DNA of 64,000 bases from an uncultured Candidatus Saccharibacteria bacterium (GCA_964530725.1 CAZGYV010000003.1:9744-73743); one strand, 5' to 3'. Counted from the stretch's first letter, positions 1-12,496 are shown. Made by a program: numbers and translations. The notes: generated by a model from the letters alone, not told the origin.

Positions 1-175
1 GCACGACTTCCTTTTTCTTAACTGTGCCAGCAGGCGAGGCAGATTTAACCGAGGCCACTATAATATCACCGACTCGCGCGTAACGGCGGCGTGATCCACC
101 CAGCACCTTGATGCACATAATCTCTTTGGCACCGGTGTTGTCAGCAACTTTTAGTCTGGTTTGTGGCTGAATCAT
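1..175 (-). CDS. rplN: 50S ribosomal protein L14 (N-terminal part; runs off window start)
   Basis: Hand translation from ATG at 175: [44 protein letters not shown]; start overlaps rpsQ stop (TAATG). Confidence 0.97.
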   Translation of the reverse strand, partial: MIQPQTRLKVADNTGAKEIMCIKVLGGSRRRYARVGDIIVASVKSASPAGTVKKKEVV

Positions 176-435
176 TACTTGTCACCTTTTACTTTTACTG
201 CTTGGCCATCAATTTTTGACACTCGAAAAGCCTTCTCGCGGCTTAATGGGCGGCATTCGGTGATCTCGACCATATTGCCAATCTCACACTGATTACCTTC
301 GTCGTGCGCCTTGTAGCGAGCTGTCGCCTTATACTGCTTGCGGTAAATCGGATGGGCTTTCACCCGCTCCACGGCCACGACAACAGTTTTGTCCATTTTG
401 TTCGATACGACTCGACCTATTAATACTCTACTCAT
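175..435 (-). CDS. rpsQ: 30S ribosomal protein S17
   Basis: [17 protein letters not shown]...HPIYRK...AHDE...ECRPLS; start set at MSRVL (435) rather than 468. Confidence 0.97.
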   Translation of the reverse strand: MSRVLIGRVVSNKMDKTVVVAVERVKAHPIYRKQYKATARYKAHDEGNQCEIGNMVEITECRPLSREKAFRVSKIDGQAVKVKGDK

Positions 436-640
436 CGGTTTTCTCCGTTTTTGCTCGTTCGCTTTCACTGCGAATCGTCAATACGCGAGCAATATCTTTT
501 TTAATTGCTTTGATTTGTTTAACATCCTTGACTTCTTTAGTACGCATATCGATATGCGCATCAACCAGCTTCTCACGCAAGTCAGTCAACTGTTTTGCCA
601 ATTCTTTATCCGTCTTACTTCGTAGTTCTTTAGCCTTCAT
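428..640 (-). CDS. rpmC: 50S ribosomal protein L29
   Basis: MKAKELR...[13 protein letters not shown]; position between rplP and rpsQ. Confidence 0.95.
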   Translation of the reverse strand: MKAKELRSKTDKELAKQLTDLREKLVDAHIDMRTKEVKDVKQIKAIKKDIARVLTIRSESERAKTEKTDE

Positions 641-1061
641 GAGTCTCTCCCGCGACAGTGCGCACTAAAAACTTGGTCTTAACCGGCAGCTTCATGGCCG
701 CTAGCCGCATCGCTTCTTTGGCCACGTCTTCGGCTACGCCGTCAAGCTCAAATAGAATCTTACCAGCCTGCACCTTGGCAACATAACGATCGATCGCGCC
801 TTTACCACTACCCATCGGCACTTCGGCTGGCTTCGAGGTGACTGGCGTGTGAGGAAAAATACGAATCCAGATTTTACCCCCACGTTTGATATAGCGGGTC
901 ATGGCTCGTCTGGCCGCCTCGATTTGGCGCGACGAGATACGCTCGTTTTCCAAAGCCTTGAGCGCGTAACGGCCGAAGTTTATTTCCGTGCCACGGGTCG
1001 CCTGGCCGTCATTGCGACCTTTTTGCAGTTTGCGATACTTAGTTTTTCTTGGCATCAACAT
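630..1061 (-). CDS. rplP: 50S ribosomal protein L16
   Basis: [11 protein letters not shown]...[11 protein letters not shown]...WIRIFP...MGSGKG. Confidence 0.98.
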   Translation of the reverse strand: MLMPRKTKYRKLQKGRNDGQATRGTEINFGRYALKALENERISSRQIEAARRAMTRYIKRGGKIWIRIFPHTPVTSKPAEVPMGSGKGAIDRYVAKVQAGKILFELDGVAEDVAKEAMRLAAMKLPVKTKFLVRTVAGETHEG

Positions 1062-1066
1062 GATAA

Positions 1067-1684
1067 TTATCCCTTATAAACCCATACTTTTACGCCAATC
1101 ACGCCATAAGTGGTGTGAGCTTGAGCAGTCGCGTAATCGATATCCGCCCTAATAGTGTGCAACGGAATGCTGCCCTGAAAAGTGGTTTCTCGACGAGCCA
1201 TCTCAGCCCCGTTGAGGCGCCCAGACACGCTCGCCTTAGCACCAGACACACCGGACTTCATGGCATTTTCAACAGCCATCTTGATGACTCGGCGAAATGC
1301 CATTCGACGCTCAAGCTGAGAGGCGATATTATCAGCAATAAGCTGAGCGTTTGTTTCTGGATTGCGCACTTCTTCGATGTTGATCCTGATAGTTTGATCG
1401 GTTAGCTTGGCAATGGCCTTCTTGAGAGCCTCTGTGCCTGATCCGCCGCGACCAATCACGACACCTGGCTTGGACGAGTGAATGTTAATCGTAAGCTGAC
1501 CGGTCGAACGCTCAATATCAACCTTAGCCACACCCGAGCGCGAACTTAGTTTTTGAGCAATCGCCTTGCGAATACGGATATCTTCAGTCAGTGTCTTGGA
1601 AAAATCCTTGGACGCGAACCACTTACTTTGCCAGTTTTTATTAACCTGCAAGCGCATGCTAATCGGATTTACTTTTTGTCCCAT
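1067..1684 (-). CDS. rpsC: 30S ribosomal protein S3
   Basis: MGQKVNP...PGVVIGRGG...[10 protein letters not shown]...[11 protein letters not shown]...GVKVW. Confidence 0.98.
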   Translation of the reverse strand: MGQKVNPISMRLQVNKNWQSKWFASKDFSKTLTEDIRIRKAIAQKLSSRSGVAKVDIERSTGQLTINIHSSKPGVVIGRGGSGTEALKKAIAKLTDQTIRINIEEVRNPETNAQLIADNIASQLERRMAFRRVIKMAVENAMKSGVSGAKASVSGRLNGAEMARRETTFQGSIPLHTIRADIDYATAQAHTTYGVIGVKVWVYKG

Positions 1685-2073
1685 TATTTGGTCTCCTTGG
1701 CGGTTTTACTTGCTAATGCTGGGCTTGATTTTACTTGAACTTGTGCTTCATCCAGAATGATTGTTAAGTGAGCCATCTTGTGTTCGATCCGACCAGCTAT
1801 GCCACGGGCTCGAGGACGAAAACGTTTCAATTTTGGACCCTCATCAACTCTAATTTCGTAAATTTTTAGTTTTTTGCGGCTCAGATTGAGATTGTTCTCG
1901 GCGTTAGCAACCGCACTTTTCAATGTGTCATTAACTAAACCAGCAGCTTTTTTGTTGGTGTTGATAAGTAAATTATGAGCACTGACAACGTCCATGTCGC
2001 GCACTAAATCAGCAGCTAAGCGCAGCTTTTGAGCGGATATTTTTAAGTATTTGGCTTTCGCTTGAACTTTCAT
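1684..2073 (-). CDS. rplV: 50S ribosomal protein L22
   Basis: ISAQKLRLAADLVR...SAVANAENN...LKRFRPRARG. Confidence 0.97.
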   Translation of the reverse strand: MKVQAKAKYLKISAQKLRLAADLVRDMDVVSAHNLLINTNKKAAGLVNDTLKSAVANAENNLNLSRKKLKIYEIRVDEGPKLKRFRPRARGIAGRIEHKMAHLTIILDEAQVQVKSSPALASKTAKETK

Positions 2074-2080
2074 GATTTTC

Positions 2081-2356
2081 CTATTTCTGTGCCTTAGCTA
2101 ATTTACCACCGTGGCCTCTAAACTTACGAGTTGGCGCGAATTCGCCAAGCTTGTGACCAACCATGTTCTCGGTAATAAAAACCGGCAGGTGCGTTTTGCC
2201 ATTATGGATAGCAATGGTTTTTCCAACCATCTCGGGGGCAATACTACTAGCTCGCGCCCATGTTTTAATGACAGTTTTGTCATCTGGACCCAAAGCAATT
2301 ATTTTTTTCATCAATTTAACGTCCACATAAGGACCTTTTTTCAGCGATCGACTCAT
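2081..2356 (-). CDS. rpsS: 30S ribosomal protein S19
   Basis: [12 protein letters not shown]...HNGK...[13 protein letters not shown]. Confidence 0.98.
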   Translation of the reverse strand: MSRSLKKGPYVDVKLMKKIIALGPDDKTVIKTWARASSIAPEMVGKTIAIHNGKTHLPVFITENMVGHKLGEFAPTRKFRGHGGKLAKAQK

Positions 2357-3189
2357 TATCTATTACCCTTTCTGCGACGACGAATGATCATTTTGTTGGC
2401 TAATTTGCGTCGGCGAGTTTTCTTACCTAGGGCCGGCTTACCCCAAGGTGTTTTTTGGTGCTTCATACCAATATCAGTACCACCTTCACCACCACCATGC
2501 GGGTGGTCAACTGGGTTCATGGCCTTACCGCGAACAGTCGGGCGAATTCCCATGTGGCGTTTGCGGCCGGCGCTACCAATACGAATGTTTTGGTGGTCAA
2601 TATTGCCAATCTGGCCAATTGTAGCCATGCAAGTAAGGTGTATTAAGCGCACCTCACCGGAAGGCAACTTAACTTGAGCGTAATCATTTTCTTTGGCCAT
2701 CAGCTGGGCCTTAGCGCCAGCACCACGCACCAGCTGGCCGCCGCGCCCTGGAGTTAATTCGATGTTGCAGATCGTCGAGCCAACTGGAATCGCTGAGATT
2801 GGCATGCGATTGCCAGCTTTAATCTCAACTTCACCACCCGAGGCGATAGTCTGACCAACTTTCATGCCAACCAGAGCTGGGATATAAGCTTTGACGCCGT
2901 CTTCGAATTGGATTAGAGCGATTCGTGAAGTCCGACCTGGATCGTACTCAATAGCTACAATTTTTGCCGAGCTAATCTCACGGGTTTGAAAATCGACTAT
3001 GCGGATGGCCCGCTTGGCCCCGCCGCCACGATGACGAATGGTAATTTTGCCCTGGGCATTGCGGCCAGACTTTTGCTTACGCGAAGTAATTAATGATTTT
3101 TCAGGCTTTTTCTTGGTAATCTCATCAAAAGACGCCACACTCATGTTGCGACGAGCCGCTGTATTTTGCTTGTAAACTCTAAGGGCCAT
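2356..3189 (-). CDS. rplB: 50S ribosomal protein L2
   Basis: GRNAQGKIT...EYDPGR...[21 protein letters not shown]; start set at MALRVY (3189). Confidence 0.98.
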   Translation of the reverse strand: MALRVYKQNTAARRNMSVASFDEITKKKPEKSLITSRKQKSGRNAQGKITIRHRGGGAKRAIRIVDFQTREISSAKIVAIEYDPGRTSRIALIQFEDGVKAYIPALVGMKVGQTIASGGEVEIKAGNRMPISAIPVGSTICNIELTPGRGGQLVRGAGAKAQLMAKENDYAQVKLPSGEVRLIHLTCMATIGQIGNIDHQNIRIGSAGRKRHMGIRPTVRGKAMNPVDHPHGGGEGGTDIGMKHQKTPWGKPALGKKTRRRKLANKMIIRRRRKGNR

Positions 3190-3190
3190 C

Positions 3191-3478
3191 TTATTTCTCC
3201 GCCTCAGTTTCAAAAATTTTAATTGATTGCCCCTGCTTGACGGTTACAAAAGCTTTCTTAATCGAGCTGCGCTGGCCTTTAATACCCTTCAACTGCTTAA
3301 CCTTGCCTTTGGTAATTGCAATGCGAACCTTAGTAGGATCAACCTTAAAGGTGGCCTTGACGGCTCGCGCGACTTCAATTTTATTAGTAGCGAAAGGAAC
3401 TTCAAACATATAGACATTGCGCGCCGCCAAGCTCATGCTTTTCTCGGAAATAACAGGCTTCAAGACTAGGCCTTTCAT
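3191..3478 (-). CDS. rplW: 50S ribosomal protein L23
   Basis: PVISEKS...[11 protein letters not shown]...KKAFVT. Confidence 0.95.
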   Translation of the reverse strand: MKGLVLKPVISEKSMSLAARNVYMFEVPFATNKIEVARAVKATFKVDPTKVRIAITKGKVKQLKGIKGQRSSIKKAFVTVKQGQSIKIFETEAEK

Positions 3479-4122
3479 TTGCTCGCCTCTTTCTTGCTAC
3501 CAGTTGCTTCGAGCCAACTTGTGACTTGCTCGAGGGCAGCTTTTTCGAAAATTATAGCGTCAGCATTCATGACTAGATAAACGTTTAAGCCCTGCCTACT
3601 TACAATTGTCACGCCGCTGATATTAGCGATTGACTTGGCAGTTTTCTCATCACTTTTATCGATCACCAGTAAAACATTGCCTTCGGCGCCCAATTTAGAG
3701 AGCAAATTGACGGCGTTACTAGTAGAAAACTCGGAAAAACTCAGGCTCTCGATCACTGAAATTTGCTTTAATTTAATACTCAAAGCTTGAGCCAAAGCCG
3801 CGCGAGACATCTTACGCGGCATCTGCTTAGTATAATTCTCTTCGCCAGTTGGCCCAAAAGTTATACCACCACCCCGCCAAATAGGATTGCGTATCGAACC
3901 ACTGCGAGCTCGACCGGTGCCCTTTTGACGCCATGGTTTCTTACCACCACCAGCAACCAAGCCGCGGGTTAAGGTTTTGGCATTGTTAGTGCGTTTATTA
4001 GCTAAATAACGGTTGTAGGCAAGCGCTACCAATTCCGGGTTGGGCTTCAGGCCAAAAACCGCCTTATTAAGTGTCATATCGGCAGATTTATTGCCGCTCT
4101 TGGTGTAGCTGGCTACTTTCAT
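3475..4122 (-). CDS. rplD: 50S ribosomal protein L4
   Basis: GGGKKPWRQKGTGRARSGSIRNPIWRGGGITFGP; start at 4122 overlaps rplC stop (ATGA). Confidence 0.98.
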   Translation of the reverse strand: MKVASYTKSGNKSADMTLNKAVFGLKPNPELVALAYNRYLANKRTNNAKTLTRGLVAGGGKKPWRQKGTGRARSGSIRNPIWRGGGITFGPTGEENYTKQMPRKMSRAALAQALSIKLKQISVIESLSFSEFSTSNAVNLLSKLGAEGNVLLVIDKSDEKTAKSIANISGVTIVSRQGLNVYLVMNADAIIFEKAALEQVTSWLEATGSKKEASK

Positions 4123-4733
4123 GCCCATTGCCCCTTAATCATTACCAAACCTTTTTTTGGGCCAGGAATAGCACCGCGAACGGCAATCAAATTATTAGCA
4201 ACGTCAATCGAGACAACTCGAAGATTTTTGACCGTCACGCGCTGACTACCCATTTGACCAGCCATTTTTTGACCTTTGAAAACATGCTGCGGATAACCCG
4301 CACCGATCGATCCGGGAGCTCGGTAATTGCGGCTACCGTGAGTCTTGGGGCCCCTGTGAAAATTATGCCGCTTGATTGTGCCGGCAAAGCCCTTACCCTT
4401 GGAAATACCAGTCACCTCAACCTTGTCTCCAGCCTCGAATACCGCCGCATCGAGCGAGTCACCGACGCTCATGCCTTCTGGCTGAGCATCAATACGCACT
4501 TCTGCCAAGTGGCGGCTCTTAGCCTTAGCCTTCTTAAGATGGCCTGCCTGTGGCTTAGCAATTTTCTCAGATTCGTCAAAACCAATCTGAACAGCTGAAT
4601 AGCCGTCCTGATCGACGGTCTTGAGCTGCGTTACCACGCATGGCCCTGCCGCTAGTACTGTGACTTGCTGCATGGTGCCGTCCTCTTCGAAAATTTGTGT
4701 CATGCCAACTTTTTTGGCCAATAGGGCTTTCAT
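4119..4733 (-). CDS. rplC: 50S ribosomal protein L3
   Basis: KKVGMTQIF...SKGKGFAGTIKRHNF...THGS...PGSIG. Confidence 0.98.
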   Translation of the reverse strand: MKALLAKKVGMTQIFEEDGTMQQVTVLAAGPCVVTQLKTVDQDGYSAVQIGFDESEKIAKPQAGHLKKAKAKSRHLAEVRIDAQPEGMSVGDSLDAAVFEAGDKVEVTGISKGKGFAGTIKRHNFHRGPKTHGSRNYRAPGSIGAGYPQHVFKGQKMAGQMGSQRVTVKNLRVVSIDVANNLIAVRGAIPGPKKGLVMIKGQWA

Positions 4734-4865
4734 TAAAGAAATCTCTTTTACGGAAGTAAAACAAAACCTGGCAAACGAATGGTTTCCTAAATAAATCTTA
4801 AGACCTGGTCGCTTCCCAGCTTTAAAAATATTCTTGTTGAAGTTACAACAGGTGTTAGTGTAACA
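4734..4865 (-). promoter_or_regulatory. Extended -10 promoter and structured leader of the rplC operon
   Basis: TGtTACACT at 4865-4857; leader hairpin CTGG-G-AAGCGA...TCGTTT-G-CCAG within 4763-4823. Confidence 0.5.
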
Positions 4866-4868
4866 GAT

Positions 4869-5396
4869 TTATCTGGTCGCTGTCAACGGTTTTCTTGAAG
4901 AACTGGCACTTGAGCCACGTGACTTGGCTCGTTTCTTGTTATTTCGTCGCAACGATCGGATTTCTAACTCCAAGCCTCGTGACACCATTGACAAGCCAAT
5001 GATATTAATACATCCAGCCGACATATAAACTATGATCCAGTAGGGGCTTTGGACGAAAATTCGCCCCTCAGCTAGCGCAGGCATTATTACGAAGAAAAAT
5101 GAGATTAAATTCAATATAGTACCGTTGACATATATTTTTGGACGTTTTATTTTGCGGCCATGCGCCAAGCGTCGAACCTGCATCATGCGCCAAAAAACAA
5201 CCGTGTTAAGAAACCAAATAATTGGCAGTGGTGTCAAGCTAAACCAAAAAGCTATCGTCGGCGTAAACATCTACAACCCCACCGTCACACCAAAACCATA
5301 GAGACCAAAAAGTGCACCCGTAGCCAGTAGAGCATATTCTATAAAAACTAAATCAGATTCAGTAAAAGCAGTTCTAGTGTTTGTTTTGGGTCGCAT
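4869..5396 (-). pseudogene. Membrane protein ORF interrupted by an in-frame TAG (or two abutting ORFs)
   Basis: ATG at 5396 gives MRPKTNTRTAFTESDLVFIEYALLATGALFGLYGFGVTVGL, TAG at 5273-5271, then in-frame ATG at 5270 and a 133-aa hydrophobic ORF. Confidence 0.55.
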
Positions 5397-5584
5397 TTAC
5401 TATCATGATAACATAACCGTTAATATATTAGCTATGCTACCTTGCTTAATTGGACAAATAGTACTTTTTATGTTAGTATTATTATAATTGTTTTGATGAA
5501 TGTAAGTTCTTTATATAAAAAGGTAATTCTTAAGCTGGTTCATTTGGACGATTTAATAAGAATTATTTAAAGAAAAGAGATACA

Positions 5585-6784
5585 TTGTCAACTTACTCCT
5601 ATGGGCCACGTCAAAGTAGGCCTAATCGTTCGCGCAAGCGAATGTTTGCTAGTCAAAATCGTAATCGAAAAACCAACAAGGGCGTCTATATAAACCCCGA
5701 GCGATTTATCAAAAAAGCCGATCCAGCGGTACCCGTCGAAGATTACCAGCCACAGCATAGCTTCGAAGATTTCGCGCTTCTGCCAGCCATTCAGGCCAAC
5801 GTGCGTCGGCGCGACTACAAAACTCCGACCGCCATCCAAGATCAAGCCATCAAGCCAATACTAGAGGGCAATGACTTGATCGGTATTGCCAACACCGGCA
5901 CCGGTAAAACGGCGGCTTTTATATTGCCGCTGCTCGATAAAATTTTGCGTAACCCCAGTGAACAAGCTATAATCCTAGCTCCCACTCGAGAGCTAGCCCT
6001 ACAGATCGATGCCGAGCTTAAGCTTTTTGCTGGTGGTCTGCGTATCTACAGCACGCTCTGCATTGGCGGCACGAACATCGATCGCCAGATCTCCAGCTTG
6101 CGCCGTAATCCACATTTTATAATCGGCACCCCTGGACGGATCAAGGATCTGCTCAAACGCAACTCTATCAAGCTGGCTAATTTTCATAATGTCGTACTTG
6201 ACGAGGTGGATCGCATGGTCGATATCGGCTTTATTCGCGATATCGAGCTTATCTTGAAGCAAATGCCCACCGAGCGTCAGTCGCTGTTCTTCTCGGCCAC
6301 CACCACGCCCAAGATCAATGCTCTAATGAGTACTTTTCTGAAAAATCCAGTCACTGTGTCGGTACGGACTGGCGAGACCACTAATAATGTAGATCAAGAT
6401 ATCGTCCGAGCCGCTCCTGGTTTGCAAAAAATCGAGGTTTTGCACGAGATAATCAACGGCCATGAGGTCGAAAAAGTGATTATATTCGTTGACACCAAGC
6501 GCAACGTCGAAAAACTGTCGCGCGATCTTAACGCCCGCGGACTGGCTTCGATCACGATTCACAGTAATAAATCGCAATCTCAGCGCCAGCGGGCACTCAA
6601 GCAATTCAAGGCTGGTGAATCTGATATTCTGGTAGCCACTGATGTGGCGGCGCGCGGGCTAGACATCGATGGCGTTACTCACGTCATCAATTACGAGCTG
6701 CCCCAGTCGTACGACGACTACGTCCACCGTATCGGCCGTACCGGGCGAGCCGGTAAAGTCGGCAAAGCCCTGACTTTCGTCTAA
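5585..6784 (+). CDS. DEAD-box RNA helicase
   Basis: Q motif (PTAIQ), ANTGTGKT, PTRELA, TPGR, DEVD, SAT, ARGLD, HRIGRTGR; TTG start. Confidence 0.96.
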   Translation: MSTYSYGPRQSRPNRSRKRMFASQNRNRKTNKGVYINPERFIKKADPAVPVEDYQPQHSFEDFALLPAIQANVRRRDYKTPTAIQDQAIKPILEGNDLIGIANTGTGKTAAFILPLLDKILRNPSEQAIILAPTRELALQIDAELKLFAGGLRIYSTLCIGGTNIDRQISSLRRNPHFIIGTPGRIKDLLKRNSIKLANFHNVVLDEVDRMVDIGFIRDIELILKQMPTERQSLFFSATTTPKINALMSTFLKNPVTVSVRTGETTNNVDQDIVRAAPGLQKIEVLHEIINGHEVEKVIIFVDTKRNVEKLSRDLNARGLASITIHSNKSQSQRQRALKQFKAGESDILVATDVAARGLDIDGVTHVINYELPQSYDDYVHRIGRTGRAGKVGKALTFV

Positions 6785-6825
6785 TAACACCGCAGCGTTG
6801 AGCTTGGACAGATAATCGCCAACCA

Positions 6826-6854
6826 AAAACTCCCCTTTTACCGAGGGGAGTTTT
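6826..6854 (+). terminator. Intrinsic (bidirectional-type) terminator after helicase
   Basis: AAAACTCCCCT...AGGGGAGTTTT inverted repeat. Confidence 0.8.
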
Positions 6855-6992
6855 GCACTCAAGGATATAAAGCCTGATAGTCATCTAAATAATCGGCCGG
6901 CTGCACCAACCGCCAAGAAATCCATCTTGATTGGTTTTATTTTGCAATTTATTAGGAGCCAATATCAAGCGTAGAGAGCACAAGGCAAAACC

Positions 6993-7037
6993 AAAAATCC
7001 CCCTAAGGCGTACGTCGTGGTACGGCGGGGGATTTTT
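6993..7037 (-). terminator. Terminator after rpsJ
   Basis: AAAAATCCCCC...GGGGGATTTTT inverted repeat with an internal CGTAC/GTACG hairpin. Confidence 0.7.
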
Positions 7038-7084
7038 AGTTTTAACGAAGTGATATCCGCTTCAGATTGGCTCGCTTACGCGCA

Positions 7085-7405
7085 TTACATCTTAATTTCA
7101 ATATCCACGCCAGCAGGTAAGCTTAAGTTCATAAGCGAGTCGACCGTTTTAGGAGTTGGCTCAGTGATATCAATCAAGCGCTTGTGCGTCCGAATCTCGA
7201 ACTGCTCACGAGCATCTTTATATACATGCGGGCTTTTAATGACCGTGTATTTGTTTTTGGATGTCGGCAATGGAATTGGGCCGGCCACCTGAGCGCCAGT
7301 ACGCACAGCAGTATCTATAATCTGCTTAGCCGACTGATCGATAATTTTGTTATCGTAAGCCTTGAGTTTAATTCGGATTCTTTGTTTGGCAGGTGCTTCT
7401 GGCAT
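7085..7405 (-). CDS. rpsJ: 30S ribosomal protein S10
   Basis: [10 protein letters not shown]...GPIPLPT...[23 protein letters not shown]. Confidence 0.98.
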   Translation of the reverse strand: MPEAPAKQRIRIKLKAYDNKIIDQSAKQIIDTAVRTGAQVAGPIPLPTSKNKYTVIKSPHVYKDAREQFEIRTHKRLIDITEPTPKTVDSLMNLSLPAGVDIEIKM

Positions 7406-7428
7406 GGTAAGGTGCTTTTCTCTTAACT

Positions 7429-8607
7429 TTATTTGGTAATCTTAGTTACGACCCCGGAACCTACGGTTCGACCACCTTCACGAATCGCGAAACGCAAACC
7501 ATCATCCATGGCAATTGGGGCGATTAACTTAACTTTCATAGCGATGTTATCACCAGGCATAACCATCTCAGTACCTTCCGGCAATGTTACTTCACCGGTT
7601 ACGTCAGTCGTACGGATGTAAAACTGTGGTTTGTAACCCTTGAAGAATGGAGTGTGACGACCGCCTTCTTCTTTCTTCAGAACGTAAACTTCAGCGTCAA
7701 ACTCAGTGTGAGGAGTGATTGAGCCTGGTTTGGCCAAAACTTGACCGCGCTCGATGTCAGTGCGCTCAACACCGCGCAACAATACGCCGACGTTATCACC
7801 AGCCTGGCCTTGATCGAGTAATTTCTTGAACATCTCAACGCCAGTTACAACGGTTTTCTTGGTGTCGTGAAGACCGACGATTTCAATTTCTTCGTTCACC
7901 TTGACAATACCACGCTCAATTCGGCCAGTAGCAACCGTGCCGCGGCCTTTGATCGAGAAAACATCCTCGACTGGCATCAAGAAATCTTTGTCGATCTCAC
8001 GGACTGGGTCTTCGATGTAGCTGTCCATGGCATCAAGCAATTCTTGAACGCTTTTCTCGTACTCGCCATCGCCTTCGAGGGCCTTAAGAGCCGATCCTTT
8101 GATAATAGGAGTTTTATCTCCTGGATAACCATACTTATCAAGCAATTCACGGATCTCGACTTCAACCAATTCGGCGAGCTCTGGGTCAGCCATGTCCATT
8201 TTGTTCATGTAGACAATAATTTGCTTCACGCCAACCTGGCTGGCAAGCAAGATGTGCTCACGAGTTTGCGGCATCGGGCCATCAGCAGCCGAAACGACCA
8301 AGATAGCGGCATCCATCTGCGCCGCACCAGTAATCATGTTCTTGACGTAGTCAGCGTGCCCTGGGCAGTCAACGTGCGCGTAGTGACGTTTTTCTGTCTC
8401 GTACTCCTGGTGAGAAGTGGCGATGGTAATTCCACGCTCTTTTTCCTCTGGAGCATTGTCAATGTCTTCGTATTTACGAGCCTCAGCCTTACCCTGTTTT
8501 GCAAGGTAGCTGGTAATAGCGGCCGTTAGAGTAGTTTTACCGTGGTCAACGTGACCAATGGTGCCAACATTGATGTGAGTTTTATCTCGCTTAAAAGCTT
8601 CTGCCAT
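7429..8607 (-). CDS. tuf: Elongation factor Tu
   Basis: [36 protein letters not shown]. Confidence 0.99.
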   Translation of the reverse strand: MAEAFKRDKTHINVGTIGHVDHGKTTLTAAITSYLAKQGKAEARKYEDIDNAPEEKERGITIATSHQEYETEKRHYAHVDCPGHADYVKNMITGAAQMDAAILVVSAADGPMPQTREHILLASQVGVKQIIVYMNKMDMADPELAELVEVEIRELLDKYGYPGDKTPIIKGSALKALEGDGEYEKSVQELLDAMDSYIEDPVREIDKDFLMPVEDVFSIKGRGTVATGRIERGIVKVNEEIEIVGLHDTKKTVVTGVEMFKKLLDQGQAGDNVGVLLRGVERTDIERGQVLAKPGSITPHTEFDAEVYVLKKEEGGRHTPFFKGYKPQFYIRTTDVTGEVTLPEGTEMVMPGDNIAMKVKLIAPIAMDDGLRFAIREGGRTVGSGVVTKITK

Positions 8608-8729
8608 GAAAATCTCCTTAAATTGTTACTGGTGTTAATTTGTTTATAAATGCTGCCGAAGAACTTTGCCGATACCTTGTGTCCAGTATTTTAGCAATAT
8701 AAAAAATGCCTTCGGATTAGACTTCTCAA

Positions 8730-8758
8730 ATTATAGAGTTAATTTGACTGATTGTAAA
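8730..8758 (-). promoter_or_regulatory. sigma70-type promoter for tuf-rpsJ
   Basis: TTTACA-N17-TATAAT. Confidence 0.7.
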
Positions 8759-8894
8759 GACTTTTCTCGGTGTAGGGCAAAAAGCCGCCTAACGGCAGAG
8801 TTTGGATTGGGCCGTTTGACAGCTGAGCCGCGGTTCAATTGTCGAGCCGACCTGGACTTTTGGCGGCCCCATAAGGTGTATCCTTGCTAAAAGT

Positions 8895-8931
8895 AAAATT
8901 GGCCTGAATGCGCGAACGCACCCAGGCCAAT
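8895..8931 (-). terminator. Hairpin terminator after small membrane ORF cluster
   Basis: ATTGGCCTGGGTGCG-TTCG-CGCATTCAGGCCAAT, 15-bp stem with two G-U pairs, followed by T run. Confidence 0.7.
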
Positions 8932-8952
8932 CCTGTTGTCCTTTAAGGAATT

Positions 8953-9270
8953 TCAAGCCGACGATCGACGGCGAGCAAACTGCCAAAAAAGGTAGTTGCG
9001 CTGCCGTTCATCCTCTTGCACTTCCAATCGACGGATTGCCGACCTATAGCGACTGGCCGGAGCCGACGCTATCATTAGGCAAGAAACTACCCCTAGGCAG
9101 GCGTACACGGCCAGGCCGACATACTGCACATCAGCCCAAAACCCCAACCCCAGAGCAAAGCCAAGCCCGCCTAAAGCTCCTAGCCAGTACGTCCGCCGGA
9201 TTTTACGGCGCAGGCGAATGGTCTGAGCCTTCACCTGCATTGCTTGCTCATCCCAAGCTGTACGGCTCAT
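8953..9270 (-). CDS. Hypothetical membrane protein (about 2 TM)
   Basis: 105-aa ORF, hydrophobic core, ATGA overlap with upstream ORF. Confidence 0.65.
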   Translation of the reverse strand: MSRTAWDEQAMQVKAQTIRLRRKIRRTYWLGALGGLGFALGLGFWADVQYVGLAVYACLGVVSCLMIASAPASRYRSAIRRLEVQEDERQRNYLFWQFARRRSSA

Positions 9271-9743
9271 CTTTTACTGCCCTCCATCGAGCAGATATAG
9301 TCGCGCCAATCTCGAGCACTGACTCGGGCGAAGCGATGTTCGTCCAGGTGCCACCAGTCGATCTCGACATCGTGACCCCTGCCAATCATCTCTATCATCC
9401 TGGTCTTGAGATGTGCGTCAGCCGGAGCAGTAATAGCAAGATCGTAGAGCACTACAAGAGCCGAGATAGCGATCGCCATCAGTAAGCTAGCCACAAGGGG
9501 TCCCCAGTCACTACTGAGCAGTGACACTGTGACTCCCAGCAAAATCAAGCCGGAGCTGATGAGGGCACCGTGGCGTGCTCCCTTTCGCAGTGCTTTCGGC
9601 TTGCAGACGTTATCATAGAGAAAGCCACTGAATACAATTTGGCTATCAGACCAAGTACGCTCCTTGTAAGCAATGTAACTATAGACAACTATCTGAGACG
9701 ATAGGAATAATATGGCAGGCAGAGAAAGTAATAACGAAGTCAT
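9267..9743 (-). CDS. Hypothetical membrane protein (about 3 TM)
   Basis: 158-aa ORF, AAGGA upstream of ATG, hydrophobic segments. Confidence 0.7.
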   Translation of the reverse strand: MTSLLLSLPAILFLSSQIVVYSYIAYKERTWSDSQIVFSGFLYDNVCKPKALRKGARHGALISSGLILLGVTVSLLSSDWGPLVASLLMAIAISALVVLYDLAITAPADAHLKTRMIEMIGRGHDVEIDWWHLDEHRFARVSARDWRDYICSMEGSKR

Positions 9744-9775
9744 ACGCTTTCATCCTTTGTCACTGCCTTGAGCAT

Positions 9776-10063
9776 TCACTCATCGAGATCAAAGTCTATG
9801 AAGTCTTCCGGTAGCTCGATTTCCTTCAGTTGCCCGACATGAACGAGCGCTAACATCAATGCTAGCAGCTCTACCGGCAACCAAAGTAGGATGGCTTTAA
9901 GGTTTGCATAGATCAGGATGTCGACAAAAGCCACCTTTACCCTACCGAGCGAGAGATTGCTCCAACAAAGCAGCGCAGCGATCAATCCCCAGCCAAACCA
10001 GCAGATTTTCCTACTACGCTCCATCGACGGCCAATAATGCAAAAAGTGAAGCAGTAGTTGCAT
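9776..10063 (-). CDS. Hypothetical membrane protein
   Basis: 95-aa ORF, two hydrophobic stretches, acidic C-terminus. Confidence 0.6.
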   Translation of the reverse strand: MQLLLHFLHYWPSMERSRKICWFGWGLIAALLCWSNLSLGRVKVAFVDILIYANLKAILLWLPVELLALMLALVHVGQLKEIELPEDFIDFDLDE

Positions 10064-10168
10064 CCCTACCTACTTTCAGCTCATATGTACAAAAGAACCA
10101 CTTGCGCATAGGCTATAAGCCCAACACAAGCCACAAGGATAAACATACAACAATATAGCCAACCTGTA

Positions 10169-10205
10169 AATAAAAGCCTCCCCTTAGGACAAGGAGGCTT
10201 TTATT
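10169..10205 (-). terminator. Terminator after fusA
   Basis: AATAAAAGCCTCC...GGAGGCTTTTATT 13-bp inverted repeat. Confidence 0.8.
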
Positions 10206-10224
10206 GAAGTTTTGCAAAAATTAT

Positions 10225-12342
<2,118 letters not shown>

Positions 12343-12411
12343 AAAAGTTTATAAATCCTTTTGAGTTAAATTTTAGCCAATACTAAAACTGGCGTTTTAC
12401 ATACTTGGAGA

Positions 12412-12440
12412 ATTATAGATTAAAACTGCAGTTTTTTCAA
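12412..12440 (-). promoter_or_regulatory. sigma70-type promoter for fusA
   Basis: TTGAAA-N17-TATAAT. Confidence 0.7.
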
Positions 12441-12496
12441 GAGCACTAGGCTAGAAGATCGGAAAAATACTCCAAGCCCATAACGGCACGCGTCAA

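Noticed and set aside
5271-5273. Possible TAG recoding of the genetic code
   Set aside because: TAG correctly terminates rpsS and fusA, and TGA terminates rplC and others; standard code 11 fits
8789-8872. GGGGCC...TCGAC on minus resembles a tmRNA 5' end
   Set aside because: No tRNA-like 3' end with T-arm and CCA, and too short
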